Assembly (NCBI GenBank): GCA_002311855.1
Contig: DCAB01000012.1
Span: 388,112 to 452,111, forward strand
Length of the DNA stretch: 64,000 nucleotides
Reading direction: 5' to 3'
From: Candidatus Dadabacteria bacterium UBA1144
GTDB lineage: Bacteria > Desulfobacterota_D > UBA1144
Within the stretch, counting starts at the first letter, position 1. Every line of letters begins with the position of its first letter. This document shows, piece after piece, positions 1 through 13,655 of the stretch. The notes below the pieces were generated by a model. The model did no database searches. It was given only the letters and a program-made list of their open reading frames with translations, and had not been told where the DNA came from. Both the position numbers and the translations under genes were made by a program.

Positions 1-188
1 TCTATTAGGCTCGGTGGAACTTTAGCGATTGTTTTGATTTGTTTTGTGTTTTGAGCGGTTAAACAAGTAATCGCCGTAGTTGCAAAGACTTTCATTGTAT
101 TTAAGGTTTTGATGTCGGCTTGAATTCCTGCTCCTCCGCCAGAATCTGACCCGGCAATGCTTAATACCACTGGAACATTTTTTTTCAT
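1..188 (-). CDS. thiD: Hydroxymethylpyrimidine/phosphomethylpyrimidine kinase ThiD, N-terminal part only (gene continues beyond window start)
   Basis: Reverse-complement translation from ATG at 186-188 gives [41 protein letters not shown]..., the canonical ThiD N-terminus ([14 protein letters not shown]). Not in the ORF track because it is truncated by the window edge. Confidence 0.75.
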   Translation of the reverse strand, partial: MKKNVPVVLSIAGSDSGGGAGIQADIKTLNTMKVFATTAITCLTAQNTKQIKTIAKVPPSLI

Positions 189-222
189 TCTAAAAGTAGT
201 ATATTAATGTAATTTTAGATAT

Positions 223-822
223 ATGAAAACTTTTGAACCTTATGTTGAAGAAAGGCCAAACGATTTAGAAATCATACTAAACGTAGGAAACGCAGGTGAA
301 ACAATCAAAATTTTTCTCAATAAAGGATCCTCGTTTGGCTCAAATCATTTAACAACAAAATTAATAGCTGATGCCATAATTTCTATTGATGAGGAAAACA
401 GGTCAACGGCATTAGATATAGGTTGTGGATCCGGCATCCTAACGATTCTTCTCTTCAAACTGAAATATCGGCAAATAAAATCAATTGATATTGATACTTA
501 TGTATTAAAAGAGGCGAAAAAGAATATAATATCGAATTTTGGCTATTTCCCTTCCAATATATCTTTAACGGATGAAAATGTGCATCAATTAAATTCTAAA
601 TTTAATTTAATCGCAATAAACATCTCTGGGAATTTCATATCTAATAATTTTAAAATGATTTCAAATTTGCTTGCACAAGGTGGATATCTCATTATCTCAG
701 GATTTAACTGCAATAAAGAAAAAAAATTTATTAGACTGGCAAATCAAAATAACTTATTTTTGGATGGAAAATTTTTACAAAACCCTTGGATATCCTTAGT
801 TTTTAAAAAGTTCTCAATTTGA
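223..822 (+). CDS. Small class I SAM-dependent methyltransferase (PrmA-like fold)
   Basis: 199 aa. Motif LDIGCGSGILTILL is a typical SAM-binding motif I. No further family assignment possible by eye. Confidence 0.55.
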   Translation: MKTFEPYVEERPNDLEIILNVGNAGETIKIFLNKGSSFGSNHLTTKLIADAIISIDEENRSTALDIGCGSGILTILLFKLKYRQIKSIDIDTYVLKEAKKNIISNFGYFPSNISLTDENVHQLNSKFNLIAINISGNFISNNFKMISNLLAQGGYLIISGFNCNKEKKFIRLANQNNLFLDGKFLQNPWISLVFKKFSI

Positions 823-873
823 TAGTTGCATAGCGCAAATATATAATACCTTTTACTTGGTATTTGGTAAGAA

Positions 874-3800
874 ATGATGAAAAAAAATAGGTTGTTGTAT
901 GAAAGAGAATTTGAGCACGATGCCTGCGGGGTAGGTTTTGTCGCTGATATTAACGGTGAAAGAAGCAATAAGGTTCTCAAAAGAGCAATTGAAGCGGTTA
1001 TTAATCTAACCCATAGAGGCGCTATCGGAGGAGATCAAAAAACTGGTGACGGCGCAGGAATATTGACACAGCTACCATTAGAGTTTTTTGACCAGATTCT
1101 CTCGCTCGATAATATTTTGCCCGGAAATCTGGGTGTTGGAATGTTCTTTTTACCGAAAAAGAGCGAAGTTGATTATGAAAAAAGTCTTAAAATAATTAGA
1201 GATTGTATCCTTGAAAGTGGCATATCACTTTTGGCCACTAGGCAGGTTCCAGTCGATTCCTCGGGCTTAGGCCAAAAAGCTTTGGAGACACTTCCCGACA
1301 TACAACAGTTTTTTGTTTCCGATACAAGCTTTACTAATCAAGAGAAATTTGAAAGAAATCTTTTTAAAACAAGGAAGATTATTGATTCTAAAGCTAAAGA
1401 AAATAATATTAAGGATATTTATTGTTGCTCTTTTTCTTCAAAAACTATTTGTTATAAAGGTATGTTGATAGCACACCAGCTTGATCAATTTTATCTTGAT
1501 CTAAGAAATCCAAATTTTAAAACAAGTTTGGCCGTATTCCACCAAAGATACAGCACAAATACTTTTCCCGATTGGAAATTGGCTCACCCTTATAGGTATA
1601 TCGGACACAACGGCGAGATTAATACTCTCATGGGTAATAAAAATTGGATGAAAGCAAGAGAGAATTCTTCTGTTTCTAAAATATGGGGTAAAGATATTAA
1701 TTTTATTAAACCTTTTATCACGCCTGACGGGAGTGATTCATCTGATTTGGATAATGCATTGGAAATTCTAACTCTATCAGGTAGGGATATTTTACAATCC
1801 GTTTGCATGCTTATTCCCGAAGCATATGAAAAAGATCCTACTATGCCCAATGAACTAAAGTCCTTTTACGACTATAGCTCATGTATTGTTGAGCCCTGGG
1901 ATGGTCCTGCAGCGATAGTATTCACTGATGGAAGATACGTTGGTGCAGCACTTGATAGAAACGGACTAAGGCCAATTCGTTATCATGTCACGGATGATAA
2001 TCTAATAATTTTAGGATCTGAGGTAGGTATAGTCGATATTCCCGTAAAAAATGTAATAAGATCCGGTCGTGTTGGCCCTGGAAAAATCTTAGCTGTAGAT
2101 ACGGAAAACAAAGTCCTTCTTTTTGATAAAGAGATTAAAAATAATCTTGCAAAAACTCTTGATTATAAAAAATGGACATCCGAAAGATTTCATAAAGTAT
2201 CAGAGATAATTTCTTCAAATGAGCCAGGAAAACAAGACATATCAGATTTTTCCGAGGAAGAAATATTGCTTTTTCAAAAAGCATTCGGCTATTCGTTAGA
2301 AGATCTGGAAAGACTCATAGAACCCATGAGCCGCAGCGGAAAAGAGCCAATCGGATCGATGGGAGACGATACTCCGATCTCGGCTTTATCTTCAAAACCA
2401 AAGTCAGTTTTTTCATATTTCAAGCAAAGATTTGCACAAGTTACAAATCCTCCGATTGATCCCTACAGAGAAGAGAGCGTTATGTCGCTGAGAGTTCTAA
2501 TGGGAGATAAATCCAGTTTTCTTGATTCAATTAATCCCAAAGAAGAATTTTTATGTTTTGATTCACCTGTATTGACCGATAAAGAAATGAATTGGATTAA
2601 AAACCTCAAATCAAAGAAATTCAGTGTATCCCAAATTAATACTTTATTTCCTGTATCTAAAAAAAACGGACTTGAATCATCTCTAAATAATATTGTCAAT
2701 AAAGCCATAGCAGAGGTTGACAAGGGTTTTAAGATTCTCCTCCTCTCTGATAGAAATATCTCAAAAACTAAAGCACCAATACCTATGTTGGCCGCTGTGA
2801 GTGCCATTCATCATGAATTGATTTCTCAAGGTAAAAGGATGAAAGTCTCTATTGTAGTTGAATCTGGTGAAGTTAGAGAAGACCACCATGTCTGTTGCCT
2901 GTTAGGTTATGGAGCATCATGTATTAATCCTTATCTCGCCTTTGCAAGTGTTACGGACTGGATGGCAACATTTGAGGGTGACCCTGAGCACCATTTGTCA
3001 AATTATAAATTAGCACTTGAGCGAGGAGTGTTGAAAATTATGTCTAAAATGGGCATAAGTACGGTTGCTAGCTATACTGGCTCTCAGATTTTTGAAATAG
3101 TGGGTATTGATGACCAAACTACAAATAATTATTTCCCTGGCACGGTTAGTAGAATAGGAGGTGTCTCTATAGGAGATTTTGAAACTGATACACTAATATT
3201 TCATTCAAATGCATTCAAGAAAAAGATTGGGGAAAGACTCAAAGAGGAAGGAATATATAGATTTAGAAAAGATGGTGAATATCATTCATTAAATCCTCTT
3301 CTCTTTAAATCTCTTAGGAAACTATCAAAAACTGCATCGTACGATGATTATAAAAATTTTGTCTTATTACACGAGAATAGACACCCTTCTATGATTAGGG
3401 ATTTACTTGAGTTTAAGTCTGTAGGCGAGATTCCTATCGACGATGTGGAGCCAATAGAAGAAATAGTAAAAAGATGGAGGACGGGAGCGATGTCTCACGG
3501 AGCCCTAAGTACCGAAGCTCACCAGGCAGTTGCAATCGCAGTTAATAGAATAGGTGGAAAAAGTAATAGTGGTGAGGGCGGAGAAAATTCAAACAGATTT
3601 ACTAAAGATTCTGACGGAAACTGGAGAAATAGTGCTATCAAACAAGTTGCTTCGGGAAGATTTGGTGTAACTCCTGAATACCTTGCTGCTGCTGAAGTGA
3701 TAGAAATCAAGATGGCGCAAGGAGCTAAACCCGGAGAAGGTGGTCAAATACCAGGATCAAAAGTAAGCGAAGAGATAGCTTCACAAAGATATTCGATACC

Positions 3801-5376
3801 TGGTGTGGGTTTAATCTCTCCACCCCCTCACCATGATATCTATAGTATCGAAGATTTAGCTCAATTGATCTATGATTTAAAACATGCAAATACAAGTGCA
3901 AAGGTGAGTGTTAAATTAGTTTCAGAAATTGGTGTTGGAACAGTAGCAGCTGGTGTTGCCAAGGGATATGCTGATAATATACAAATAAGTGGATGCGAGG
4001 GAGGGACCGGAGCTTCTCCATTGGGTTCGATTAAACACGCGGGTATACCTTGGGAGATGGGATTAGCAGAAGCCCAACAAGTACTAGTTATGAACGACTT
4101 GCGTGGAAGGGTTAGTTTGAGTGTAGATGGGGGATTTCAAAGAGGTTTTGATGTTGTGGTAGCGGCGATGCTAGGGGCAGACGAATATGGATTTGGCACA
4201 TCTGTTCTTGTAGCGTTAGGTTGTGTTATGGCTAGGCAATGTCATTTAAATACCTGCCCTGTAGGGATAGCATCGCAAAAACCTGAACTAAGAGCTAAGT
4301 TCCCTGGTGTTCCAGAAGATGCTGTAAATTATTTATTAGCAATTGCTAACGATGTTAGGGAAATATTGTCAAAAATAGGAGTTAAATCAATCGACGATAT
4401 AATTGGAAGAACAGATCTATTAAAAGTTAAATCAAATCTTGATTTTCAGAAAACAAAAAATATAAACCTAGATAGACTTTTAGCTGATCCAGATCCTTCA
4501 AACACAAAGCCTAGAAAAAAGATTTTAGATAGAAACGATAGAGATGAGAACCCAATTGATTATGAAATAATGAATATCTGTAGATTAAGTATCGATGAAC
4601 TAGAAAGAAAATCTATCAATTTGTCTATTAAAAATACGGATAGAACTGTAGGTGCTATATTGTCAGGAACAATAGCTAAAAAATATGGCAACAAGGGACT
4701 ACCAGATGAAACTATAAGAATTAACTTTAGAGGTACGGCTGGACAAAGTTTCGGTGGCTATTTAATTAACGGGATATCTCTTTTCTTGGAAGGAGAAGCG
4801 AATGATTATGTAGGAAAATCAATGCATGGGGGGAAAATCATTGTTTATCCCGATAGAGAATCTAATTATTTAACTGAAGGTAATTCCATAATTGGAAATA
4901 CAGTTTTATATGGAGCTACAGCAGGCCGTTTATACGCTGCCGGCTTTGCGGGAGAAAGGTTCTGTGTTAGAAACAGCGGGGTTGTTGCTGTAGTCGAGGG
5001 GGTTGGGGACCACGCCTGCGAATATATGACCGGCGGAGAAGTTTATATCTTCGGGCCGGTAGGTAAAAATTTGGGTGCGGGCATGTCAGGGGGACTGGCT
5101 TATATCTTAGTTGAGAATGAAAATATAAATCATCAGATTAATCACGATATGGTTTTAGTTGAAAAGGTGAATACAAAAGATATTGCAAAAATAAAATTTT
5201 CTCTGAATGAACATTATGTTCTCACCAAAAGTAAGAAGGCTAAATTAATCCTCGACGGTTTTGATGATTTTGTACCTAGGTTTATCAAAATAGTCCCTAA
5301 GGAGCTCTTTAAACTACTTGAATCAAAAGGTATTGACATAGATGATTTTGATTTTGTTAATCCAAAATTAAATTAA
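874..5376 (+). CDS. gltB: Glutamate synthase large subunit
   Basis: 1500 aa. N-terminal amidotransferase Cys (HDACGVGF), FMN/Fe-S central domain and C-terminal GXGXG-repeat domain are recognisable. No adjacent gltD. Confidence 0.95.
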   Translation: MMKKNRLLYEREFEHDACGVGFVADINGERSNKVLKRAIEAVINLTHRGAIGGDQKTGDGAGILTQLPLEFFDQILSLDNILPGNLGVGMFFLPKKSEVDYEKSLKIIRDCILESGISLLATRQVPVDSSGLGQKALETLPDIQQFFVSDTSFTNQEKFERNLFKTRKIIDSKAKENNIKDIYCCSFSSKTICYKGMLIAHQLDQFYLDLRNPNFKTSLAVFHQRYSTNTFPDWKLAHPYRYIGHNGEINTLMGNKNWMKARENSSVSKIWGKDINFIKPFITPDGSDSSDLDNALEILTLSGRDILQSVCMLIPEAYEKDPTMPNELKSFYDYSSCIVEPWDGPAAIVFTDGRYVGAALDRNGLRPIRYHVTDDNLIILGSEVGIVDIPVKNVIRSGRVGPGKILAVDTENKVLLFDKEIKNNLAKTLDYKKWTSERFHKVSEIISSNEPGKQDISDFSEEEILLFQKAFGYSLEDLERLIEPMSRSGKEPIGSMGDDTPISALSSKPKSVFSYFKQRFAQVTNPPIDPYREESVMSLRVLMGDKSSFLDSINPKEEFLCFDSPVLTDKEMNWIKNLKSKKFSVSQINTLFPVSKKNGLESSLNNIVNKAIAEVDKGFKILLLSDRNISKTKAPIPMLAAVSAIHHELISQGKRMKVSIVVESGEVREDHHVCCLLGYGASCINPYLAFASVTDWMATFEGDPEHHLSNYKLALERGVLKIMSKMGISTVASYTGSQIFEIVGIDDQTTNNYFPGTVSRIGGVSIGDFETDTLIFHSNAFKKKIGERLKEEGIYRFRKDGEYHSLNPLLFKSLRKLSKTASYDDYKNFVLLHENRHPSMIRDLLEFKSVGEIPIDDVEPIEEIVKRWRTGAMSHGALSTEAHQAVAIAVNRIGGKSNSGEGGENSNRFTKDSDGNWRNSAIKQVASGRFGVTPEYLAAAEVIEIKMAQGAKPGEGGQIPGSKVSEEIASQRYSIPGVGLISPPPHHDIYSIEDLAQLIYDLKHANTSAKVSVKLVSEIGVGTVAAGVAKGYADNIQISGCEGGTGASPLGSIKHAGIPWEMGLAEAQQVLVMNDLRGRVSLSVDGGFQRGFDVVVAAMLGADEYGFGTSVLVALGCVMARQCHLNTCPVGIASQKPELRAKFPGVPEDAVNYLLAIANDVREILSKIGVKSIDDIIGRTDLLKVKSNLDFQKTKNINLDRLLADPDPSNTKPRKKILDRNDRDENPIDYEIMNICRLSIDELERKSINLSIKNTDRTVGAILSGTIAKKYGNKGLPDETIRINFRGTAGQSFGGYLINGISLFLEGEANDYVGKSMHGGKIIVYPDRESNYLTEGNSIIGNTVLYGATAGRLYAAGFAGERFCVRNSGVVAVVEGVGDHACEYMTGGEVYIFGPVGKNLGAGMSGGLAYILVENENINHQINHDMVLVEKVNTKDIAKIKFSLNEHYVLTKSKKAKLILDGFDDFVPRFIKIVPKELFKLLESKGIDIDDFDFVNPKLN

Positions 5377-6370
5377 TTTTCTTTCTTCTTAAAGTACTAA
5401 AAACTGGGAAGTCTAGTGAAGATTGAACCTTGTTCTCAATAATCTTTTGGATTCCTCTCATTGCGATCATTGCGCCGTTATCGGTGCAATACTTACTAGA
5501 GGGAAAGATAATTTCATATCTTGATAAATTTTCTTTCGCACTTTCTCTAAGTCTTGAATTGCACGCAACTCCCCCAGAAAAAAGGATACTCTTAACACTA
5601 AATTTCTTGGTTGCTTTAATGATATTGCGAATAAGAGATTTAACGATAGCTTCTTGGTAGGATGACGCAATATCATTCATATTTGCCTTCCAATTAGCAT
5701 TCTTATCTAGGTAGTATTTTAAAGAAGTTTTTAAACCACTAAAACTAAAATCCAATGAATCTCCAAGTTCTGCAACTGGAAAATCATGAAAATCCTTATT
5801 GCCTAGTTTTGATATTCTATCAATTTGTATCCCACCAGGATAACCAAGTCCCAAAAGTTTAGCACCTTTATCAAAAGCTTCACCTGCTGCATCATCAAGA
5901 GTTGAAGACCTTAGATTGAAATTATTTTGATCCTTTAAGTAGTAAATATTTGTATGTCCCCCGGATACTACAAGGCAAATAGCTGGAAATTTAATCTCAT
6001 TTTCTATAAAGCATGATGCGATATGTCCTTCTAAATGATTTATTGGAAATATATTGCTTTTATTTATTAGAGCCAATGTTTTTGCCGTTGAAACTCCAAT
6101 CATAAGACAACTTAGAAGACCTGGACCATTTGTAACACAGATCATATCTATTTCCTGTATTTTTCTATTAGCAATTTTTAGTGATTCATTTAACACGTGA
6201 ACAATTTTTTCAAGATGATTTTTTGATGCTATTTCTGGAACGACACCTCCAAAATTTTTATGGATGTCTATTTGACTAAAGGTGACATTCGATAGGACAT
6301 TTTTGTCGCTATCTAGAATAGCCACGCTAGTCTCATCACAAGATGTTTCGATGCCCATAAAATATTTCAT
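5357..6370 (-). CDS. tsaD: tRNA N6-adenosine threonylcarbamoyltransferase TsaD
   Basis: 337 aa. N-terminus MKYFMGIETSCDETSVAILD is the Kae1/TsaD signature. Convergent 20-nt overlap with the gltB stop. Confidence 0.9.
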   Translation of the reverse strand: MKYFMGIETSCDETSVAILDSDKNVLSNVTFSQIDIHKNFGGVVPEIASKNHLEKIVHVLNESLKIANRKIQEIDMICVTNGPGLLSCLMIGVSTAKTLALINKSNIFPINHLEGHIASCFIENEIKFPAICLVVSGGHTNIYYLKDQNNFNLRSSTLDDAAGEAFDKGAKLLGLGYPGGIQIDRISKLGNKDFHDFPVAELGDSLDFSFSGLKTSLKYYLDKNANWKANMNDIASSYQEAIVKSLIRNIIKATKKFSVKSILFSGGVACNSRLRESAKENLSRYEIIFPSSKYCTDNGAMIAMRGIQKIIENKVQSSLDFPVFSTLRRKKINLILD

Positions 6371-6444
6371 AGAGACTTATTGTTCTTATGGTAATTATTT
6401 TCCAAATAATTCAAATGTTCAAATATATGGTAGAATCTACTTAA

Positions 6445-8349
<1,905 letters not shown>

Positions 8350-8369
8350 TAACTTTAGTTTTACGAATT

Positions 8370-11300
8370 ATGCCAAAAAGAACGGACATTAAATCCATCC
8401 TAATAATAGGGTCTGGACCGATAGTAATCGGTCAAGGGTGTGAATTTGATTACTCTGGGACCCAAGCTTGCAAAGCCCTGAAAGAAGAGGGCTACAAAGT
8501 GATTCTCGTTAATAGTAACCCCGCAACGATAATGACTGATCCAGATTTTGCTGATAGAACATATATTGAGCCATTAAATACCGATACTCTTGAAAAAATT
8601 ATAGAGAAAGAACTTCCTGATGCCATCCTTCCAACCGTTGGGGGACAAACAGCTTTAAATTTAGCTATGGATTTACACGTAAGAGGAGTTTTGAATAAAT
8701 ACGGAGTAGAGCTTATAGGAGCCAAGATTGATGCAATCGAAAAAGCAGAAAAAAGAGCAAAGTTTAAAAAAGCAATGAAATCTATAGGCTTAAGAGTTCC
8801 CAACAGTATTGTTGTAAATAATCTTGAGGATGGACTTAAACTAATTAAGAAAGTTGGGTTTCCCGCGATACTTAGACCATCTTTTACATTGGGTGGAACG
8901 GGGGGAGGCATAGCTCGCTCTATGGAAGAATTAAAATTGCTACTTAAAGATGGCTTGGATTCTAGTCCTATATCTGAAGTTCAAATCGATGAATCGATAA
9001 TTGGATGGAAGGAATTTGAATTGGAAGTTGTTAGAGATTCCAAAGATAATGTAATTATAATTTGTTCTATTGAAAATTTTGATCCAATGGGAATTCACAC
9101 TGGTGATAGTATCACTGTTGCACCAGCTCAAACATTAACCGATAAGCAATATCAACTATTAAGAAATTATTCAATCGACATTATTAGAGAAATAGGTGTT
9201 GAGACTGGTGGATCAAATATACAATTTGCAGTAAATCCAGACAATGGAGACATAGTTGTAATTGAGATGAATCCAAGAGTATCAAGAAGTTCTGCTCTAG
9301 CATCAAAGGCAACAGGCTATCCAATCGCCAAAATTGCAGCCAAATTAGCAGTTGGATATACGTTGGACGAATTGCCTAACGATATAACCCTAGATACTCC
9401 TGCTTCTTTTGAGCCTACTCTAGATTATGTGGTGGTAAAAATACCAAGATTTACCTTTGAAAAATTTCCTCAAACTAAACCAGAATTGGGAACTCAAATG
9501 AAATCGGTAGGTGAGATTATGTCTATTGGAAGCACTTTTAAGGAAGCACTCGGAAAAGCTATGAGATCTTTAGAAACCGAGAATCTTGCTTTTGATTTAA
9601 TTGAAGATGACAAAAACAAAATACTTGATGTATTAGGATCCAATAATCCAAACAAACTTTGGTATATAGCAAATGCTTTTAGGACAGGTATTAATGTTGA
9701 TCAGATATATGAGATTACAAAGATAGATAAGTGGTTTTTAAATAACATAAGAGAAATGATTGAATTAGAATTTGAAATTAGAAAAAAATGCGACTCTGCC
9801 CTTGATAAAGAAATAATCTATCGTGCCAAACAAAATGGGTTCTCAGATGCAATTATCTCATATTTAGTTGGAAAAAACGAAGAAGAAATTAGAGATTTTA
9901 GATTATCTCACGATATAGTTCCATCTTATAAGATGGTTGATACATGTGCAGCCGAATTTGAAGCGTTCACACCTTATCTATATTCAACTTATCAATCTGA
10001 AGATGAATCTAACCCAACCAATGAGAAGAAAATCGCGATATTGGGTAGTGGGCCCAATAGAATTGGACAAGGAATTGAATTTGACTATTGTTGTGTACAT
10101 GCATCTTTTTCACTAAAAGAGGAAGGGTATCAAACCATAATGATTAATTGCAATCCTGAAACTGTGAGTACAGATTATGATACTTCTGATAAATTATATT
10201 TTGAGCCACTAACAGCCGAAGATACAATATCTATAATCAACAAAGAAAAACCCGATGGGGTTATCGTTCATTTTGGAGGCCAAACCCCATTAAAACTTGC
10301 ACTAGATCTTGAAAAAGCTGGAGCAAATATTATTGGTACTTCTGCTGACAGTATTGATCTTGCTGAAGATAGAGAAAGATTTAAAAATTTAATGGAAGAA
10401 TTAGGAATACTTCAGCCAAGATCTATGATTGCTAAATCTCTAGACGAGGCCTTCCAATTATCTTCCGAGATAGGGTATCCCATTATTGTCAGACCTTCAT
10501 ACGTTCTAGGAGGAAGGGCAATGGAAATCGTTTATTCAGAACAAGATTTGAGGAAATACCTTGGTGAGGCGGTTAGAGTTTCTCATAGAAGACCTATTTT
10601 ATTAGATCAGTTCTTAAATGACGCTAAAGAAATTGATGTCGATGCAATTTCCGATGGTCAAGATGTTGTAATTTGCGGAATTCTGGAACATATAGAAGAA
10701 GCTGGTGTTCATTCGGGGGATAGCACCATGGTTCTGCCACCTTATTCTTTAAATCAGAGTTTAATCGATCAAATTATTGAGAAGTCTAAATTGATAGCAA
10801 TAAAATTAAAAGTTAAAGGACTTTTGAATATTCAATATGCGATAAAAGATAACAAAATATTTATAATTGAAGTTAATCCTAGAGCTAGTAGAACGGTACC
10901 TTTTATAAGCAAAGCCACCGGTGTTCCTATTGCAAAAATTGCATCGAAAGTTATGGTGGGTAAAAAGTTAAAAGAATTAGGTTTTACTGAAGAAGTTTCC
11001 ATTAATCACTATGCGGTGAAAGAATCCGTCTTCCCTTTCATTAAATTTCCCGATGTTGATACTTTATTGGGACCAGAAATGAAATCTACTGGCGAAGTAA
11101 TGGGAATTGACAATGAGCTTTCTGCAGCTTTTGCAAAGGCACAAATTGCGGCAGGTAACGATCTTCCAACCAAGGGAACTGCTTTTGTAAGTGTTAAGAA
11201 TGATGATAAACCAAAAATAATAGAGCTTTCTAAAAAACTAATTGCATTGGATTTCAATATTGTATCAACTAAAGGAACTCATGAATTTTTAAATAAATAT

Positions 11301-11564
11301 TCTATAAATTCTAAAGTAATTAACAAAGTAAAAGAAGGACATCCAAACATTGTTGATTTAATTAAAGAAGACAAAATTGATATTCTCATGAATACAACAT
11401 TCACAAAAAAGGAGATATTGGAGTCGTTTTCAATAAGAAGAACGGCACTCACGAGACGCGTTCCTTACTTCACAACGATAGCGGGAGCTCTTGCGGCGGT
11501 TGATGCGATTGGATATCTAAAAAAGGACACGATTAAAGTCAAAGCACTTCAGGAATATTTTTAA
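8370..11564 (+). CDS. carB: Carbamoyl-phosphate synthase large subunit
   Basis: 1064 aa with two ATP-grasp repeats (two [19 protein letters not shown]-like segments) and a C-terminal MGS-like domain. Confidence 0.95.
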   Translation: MPKRTDIKSILIIGSGPIVIGQGCEFDYSGTQACKALKEEGYKVILVNSNPATIMTDPDFADRTYIEPLNTDTLEKIIEKELPDAILPTVGGQTALNLAMDLHVRGVLNKYGVELIGAKIDAIEKAEKRAKFKKAMKSIGLRVPNSIVVNNLEDGLKLIKKVGFPAILRPSFTLGGTGGGIARSMEELKLLLKDGLDSSPISEVQIDESIIGWKEFELEVVRDSKDNVIIICSIENFDPMGIHTGDSITVAPAQTLTDKQYQLLRNYSIDIIREIGVETGGSNIQFAVNPDNGDIVVIEMNPRVSRSSALASKATGYPIAKIAAKLAVGYTLDELPNDITLDTPASFEPTLDYVVVKIPRFTFEKFPQTKPELGTQMKSVGEIMSIGSTFKEALGKAMRSLETENLAFDLIEDDKNKILDVLGSNNPNKLWYIANAFRTGINVDQIYEITKIDKWFLNNIREMIELEFEIRKKCDSALDKEIIYRAKQNGFSDAIISYLVGKNEEEIRDFRLSHDIVPSYKMVDTCAAEFEAFTPYLYSTYQSEDESNPTNEKKIAILGSGPNRIGQGIEFDYCCVHASFSLKEEGYQTIMINCNPETVSTDYDTSDKLYFEPLTAEDTISIINKEKPDGVIVHFGGQTPLKLALDLEKAGANIIGTSADSIDLAEDRERFKNLMEELGILQPRSMIAKSLDEAFQLSSEIGYPIIVRPSYVLGGRAMEIVYSEQDLRKYLGEAVRVSHRRPILLDQFLNDAKEIDVDAISDGQDVVICGILEHIEEAGVHSGDSTMVLPPYSLNQSLIDQIIEKSKLIAIKLKVKGLLNIQYAIKDNKIFIIEVNPRASRTVPFISKATGVPIAKIASKVMVGKKLKELGFTEEVSINHYAVKESVFPFIKFPDVDTLLGPEMKSTGEVMGIDNELSAAFAKAQIAAGNDLPTKGTAFVSVKNDDKPKIIELSKKLIALDFNIVSTKGTHEFLNKYSINSKVINKVKEGHPNIVDLIKEDKIDILMNTTFTKKEILESFSIRRTALTRRVPYFTTIAGALAAVDAIGYLKKDTIKVKALQEYF

Positions 11565-11577
11565 AAGGTATAATTTA

Positions 11578-12051
11578 GTGATGCAGAAGTTACCAATTTC
11601 ACCGAAAGGTTTTGAATCTATGCAATTAGAACTTAAGCGGCTTAAAAACGAAGAAAGACCCAGGATAATCAAAATGATTGAGTTTGCAAGATCTCTTGGG
11701 GATTTATCTGAAAATGCTGAATATCAAACGGCAAAAGAACAACAGACTTTTAATGACAAAAGAATATCCGAACTCGAGACTAGGCTAGCAAGTTGTGTAA
11801 TAATTGATCCCTCCAAGATTAAAGATAAATCAAAACTAATTTTTGGCCTCACATTTGAAATAGAAGATTTAGATTCAGGAGATAAGAAAACTTTTCAGCT
11901 CCTAGGACCTGAAGAATCTAATCCTGACCGGGGTTCTATATCTGTCCAATCTCCTATGGGAATGGCTGTTCTAGGTAAACAAGAGGGGGATGAGTTTATT
12001 GTTAGAACTCCAGCGGGACCTAAAGAGTGTGTCTTGAATAAAATCTTTTAA
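11578..12051 (+). CDS. greA: Transcription elongation factor GreA
   Basis: 157 aa. N-terminal coiled-coil plus C-terminal FKBP-like domain pattern typical of GreA. Confidence 0.85.
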   Translation: MMQKLPISPKGFESMQLELKRLKNEERPRIIKMIEFARSLGDLSENAEYQTAKEQQTFNDKRISELETRLASCVIIDPSKIKDKSKLIFGLTFEIEDLDSGDKKTFQLLGPEESNPDRGSISVQSPMGMAVLGKQEGDEFIVRTPAGPKECVLNKIF

Positions 12052-12065
12052 TTTACAATAGAATC

Positions 12066-12569
12066 ATGGGTCTGCTCGGAATTAGTCATAAGTCACCTAC
12101 ATTATTTGGCCCTGTCGCATTTTACGTTCTTATAGATCAACTTTCTAAATTTTTAGTATCTCTCGATTGGGCCCCTACTAAAGTAAATGAATATTTAAAT
12201 ATTGTTTATGTAAAAAATACTGGTCTAATTCTTGGTCTCTTCTCTTCTGTAGATTCTTCAATTATGTTTTTTATCTATTTGGCTCTATTTGCTCTGGCAA
12301 TGTTCATCATAACTAAGTTCGTACTCCTCGATTCGGCTATGAGGAATGATAAAATAGGTTTTTATATTCTGGTTTTCTTTTATTCTGGCGCAATTGGGAA
12401 TACTGTTGATAGAATTTTTAGGGGTCATGTGATTGATTTTATCGATATCCATTATGAAAATTTACATTGGCCTGCGTTTAATTTTGCGGACACTATGATT
12501 TCTCTGGGTATCATTATGTATATATTGAAAATTTATAAGGAAAGAAACATTGTTTACAGGAATAGTTGA
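12066..12569 (+). CDS. lspA: Lipoprotein signal peptidase (signal peptidase II)
   Basis: 167 aa, 4 TM segments, FNFADTMISLGIIM motif. Confidence 0.8.
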   Translation: MGLLGISHKSPTLFGPVAFYVLIDQLSKFLVSLDWAPTKVNEYLNIVYVKNTGLILGLFSSVDSSIMFFIYLALFALAMFIITKFVLLDSAMRNDKIGFYILVFFYSGAIGNTVDRIFRGHVIDFIDIHYENLHWPAFNFADTMISLGIIMYILKIYKERNIVYRNS

Positions 12570-13143
12570 AGAAGTTGGGAGAATTTCAAGTATAAAGAAA
12601 CTCAAGAGCGGGGAGTATGTCCTATCGATTAAATGTAAAAAAATAAGTCCTTCAACTCTTTCAATAGGTGATTCGGTTGCGGTCAATGGAGCATGTCTTA
12701 CTGTTACAAAGAAAAATAAATCATCTTTTCAAACTCTAGCTTCGAGAGAAACATTACTAAAAACAAACTTAAAACAAGAAAAAACAAAATCTTTTGTTAA
12801 TCTTGAAAGAGCAATGAAAATTAATTCTAGGTTCGGAGGACATATCGTAAGCGGCCACATAGATTCAACAGGAACTACAAGAAAAATAGAAAAATCAGGG
12901 AAATCTTTACGTTATTGGTTTTATGTCAAAAAAAAATTTAGAAAATACATTATCGAAAAAGGATCAATCTCTATTGATGGTATAAGCTTGACAATAAATG
13001 ATATCAAGGGAGATCTCTTCTCAGTAAATATCATTCCCTACACATCATCTAGAACTAACTCTACAAATTGGAAGAAAAACGATTTAGTCAATATCGAATT
13101 TGATGTCGTAGCGAAATATGTCGAGAGCATAATGACCAAATGA
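12550..13143 (+). CDS. ribE: Riboflavin synthase alpha chain
   Basis: 197 aa. MFTGIVEEVGRI N-terminus and internal duplication typical of riboflavin synthase. Overlaps lspA by 20 nt. Confidence 0.85.
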   Translation: MFTGIVEEVGRISSIKKLKSGEYVLSIKCKKISPSTLSIGDSVAVNGACLTVTKKNKSSFQTLASRETLLKTNLKQEKTKSFVNLERAMKINSRFGGHIVSGHIDSTGTTRKIEKSGKSLRYWFYVKKKFRKYIIEKGSISIDGISLTINDIKGDLFSVNIIPYTSSRTNSTNWKKNDLVNIEFDVVAKYVESIMTK

Positions 13144-13655
13144 ATTATAAGAGCATATACTTGATAGGCTTTATGGGTTCTGGAAAAACTACCGTTGGCA
13201 AGTCTCTTACAAAGTATATTGATTATAAACTTGTCGATACAGACGAATTGATAGTTCAAGATTTAAATATGCAAATAACAGAAATCTTTGCTTCGAAAGG
13301 AGAAGAGTATTTTAGAGATTTAGAATCAGAGAAATTAAAACAGCTGTTGCTAGAAAGTAATTTAATTGTCTCCACAGGCGGAGGAATTATTCTAAGAGAT
13401 GTTAACAGAGATATACTAAAGAATTCTTTTTCTATTTATTTAAAAACATCATATGACAAGATTTTTGACAGAATAAAGAATGACAAAACTAGACCTCTGC
13501 TTAATACGGAAGATTCTTATTCATCGGGCTTGAAGCTATTTGAGTCTAGAAGAATTATATATGAATCATTTGAATTTCAAATTAATACGGATGATTTTCC
13601 ACCCGATGATATAGCAAAAAAAATATTAGCGATTTACAGTAATGTCAAAAATTGA
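13140..13655 (+). CDS. aroK: Shikimate kinase
   Basis: 171 aa. P-loop GFMGSGKTTVGK. ATGA overlap with the ribE stop. Confidence 0.8.
   Translation: MNYKSIYLIGFMGSGKTTVGKSLTKYIDYKLVDTDELIVQDLNMQITEIFASKGEEYFRDLESEKLKQLLLESNLIVSTGGGIILRDVNRDILKNSFSIYLKTSYDKIFDRIKNDKTRPLLNTEDSYSSGLKLFESRRIIYESFEFQINTDDFPPDDIAKKILAIYSNVKN

Noticed and set aside
744-980. 78-aa minus-strand ORF bridging the methyltransferase and gltB
   Set aside because: Antisense to real coding sequence, low-complexity AT-rich translation. Typical spurious ORF.
1590-3710. Three small antisense ORFs inside gltB (1590-1850, 2463-2807, 3519-3710)
   Set aside because: Entirely embedded opposite a 1500-aa conserved gene. No motifs.
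8492-8911. 139-aa antisense ORF inside carB (also 8940-9131, 11009-11257)
   Set aside because: Opposite-strand shadows of carB with Pro/Ser-rich nonsense translations.
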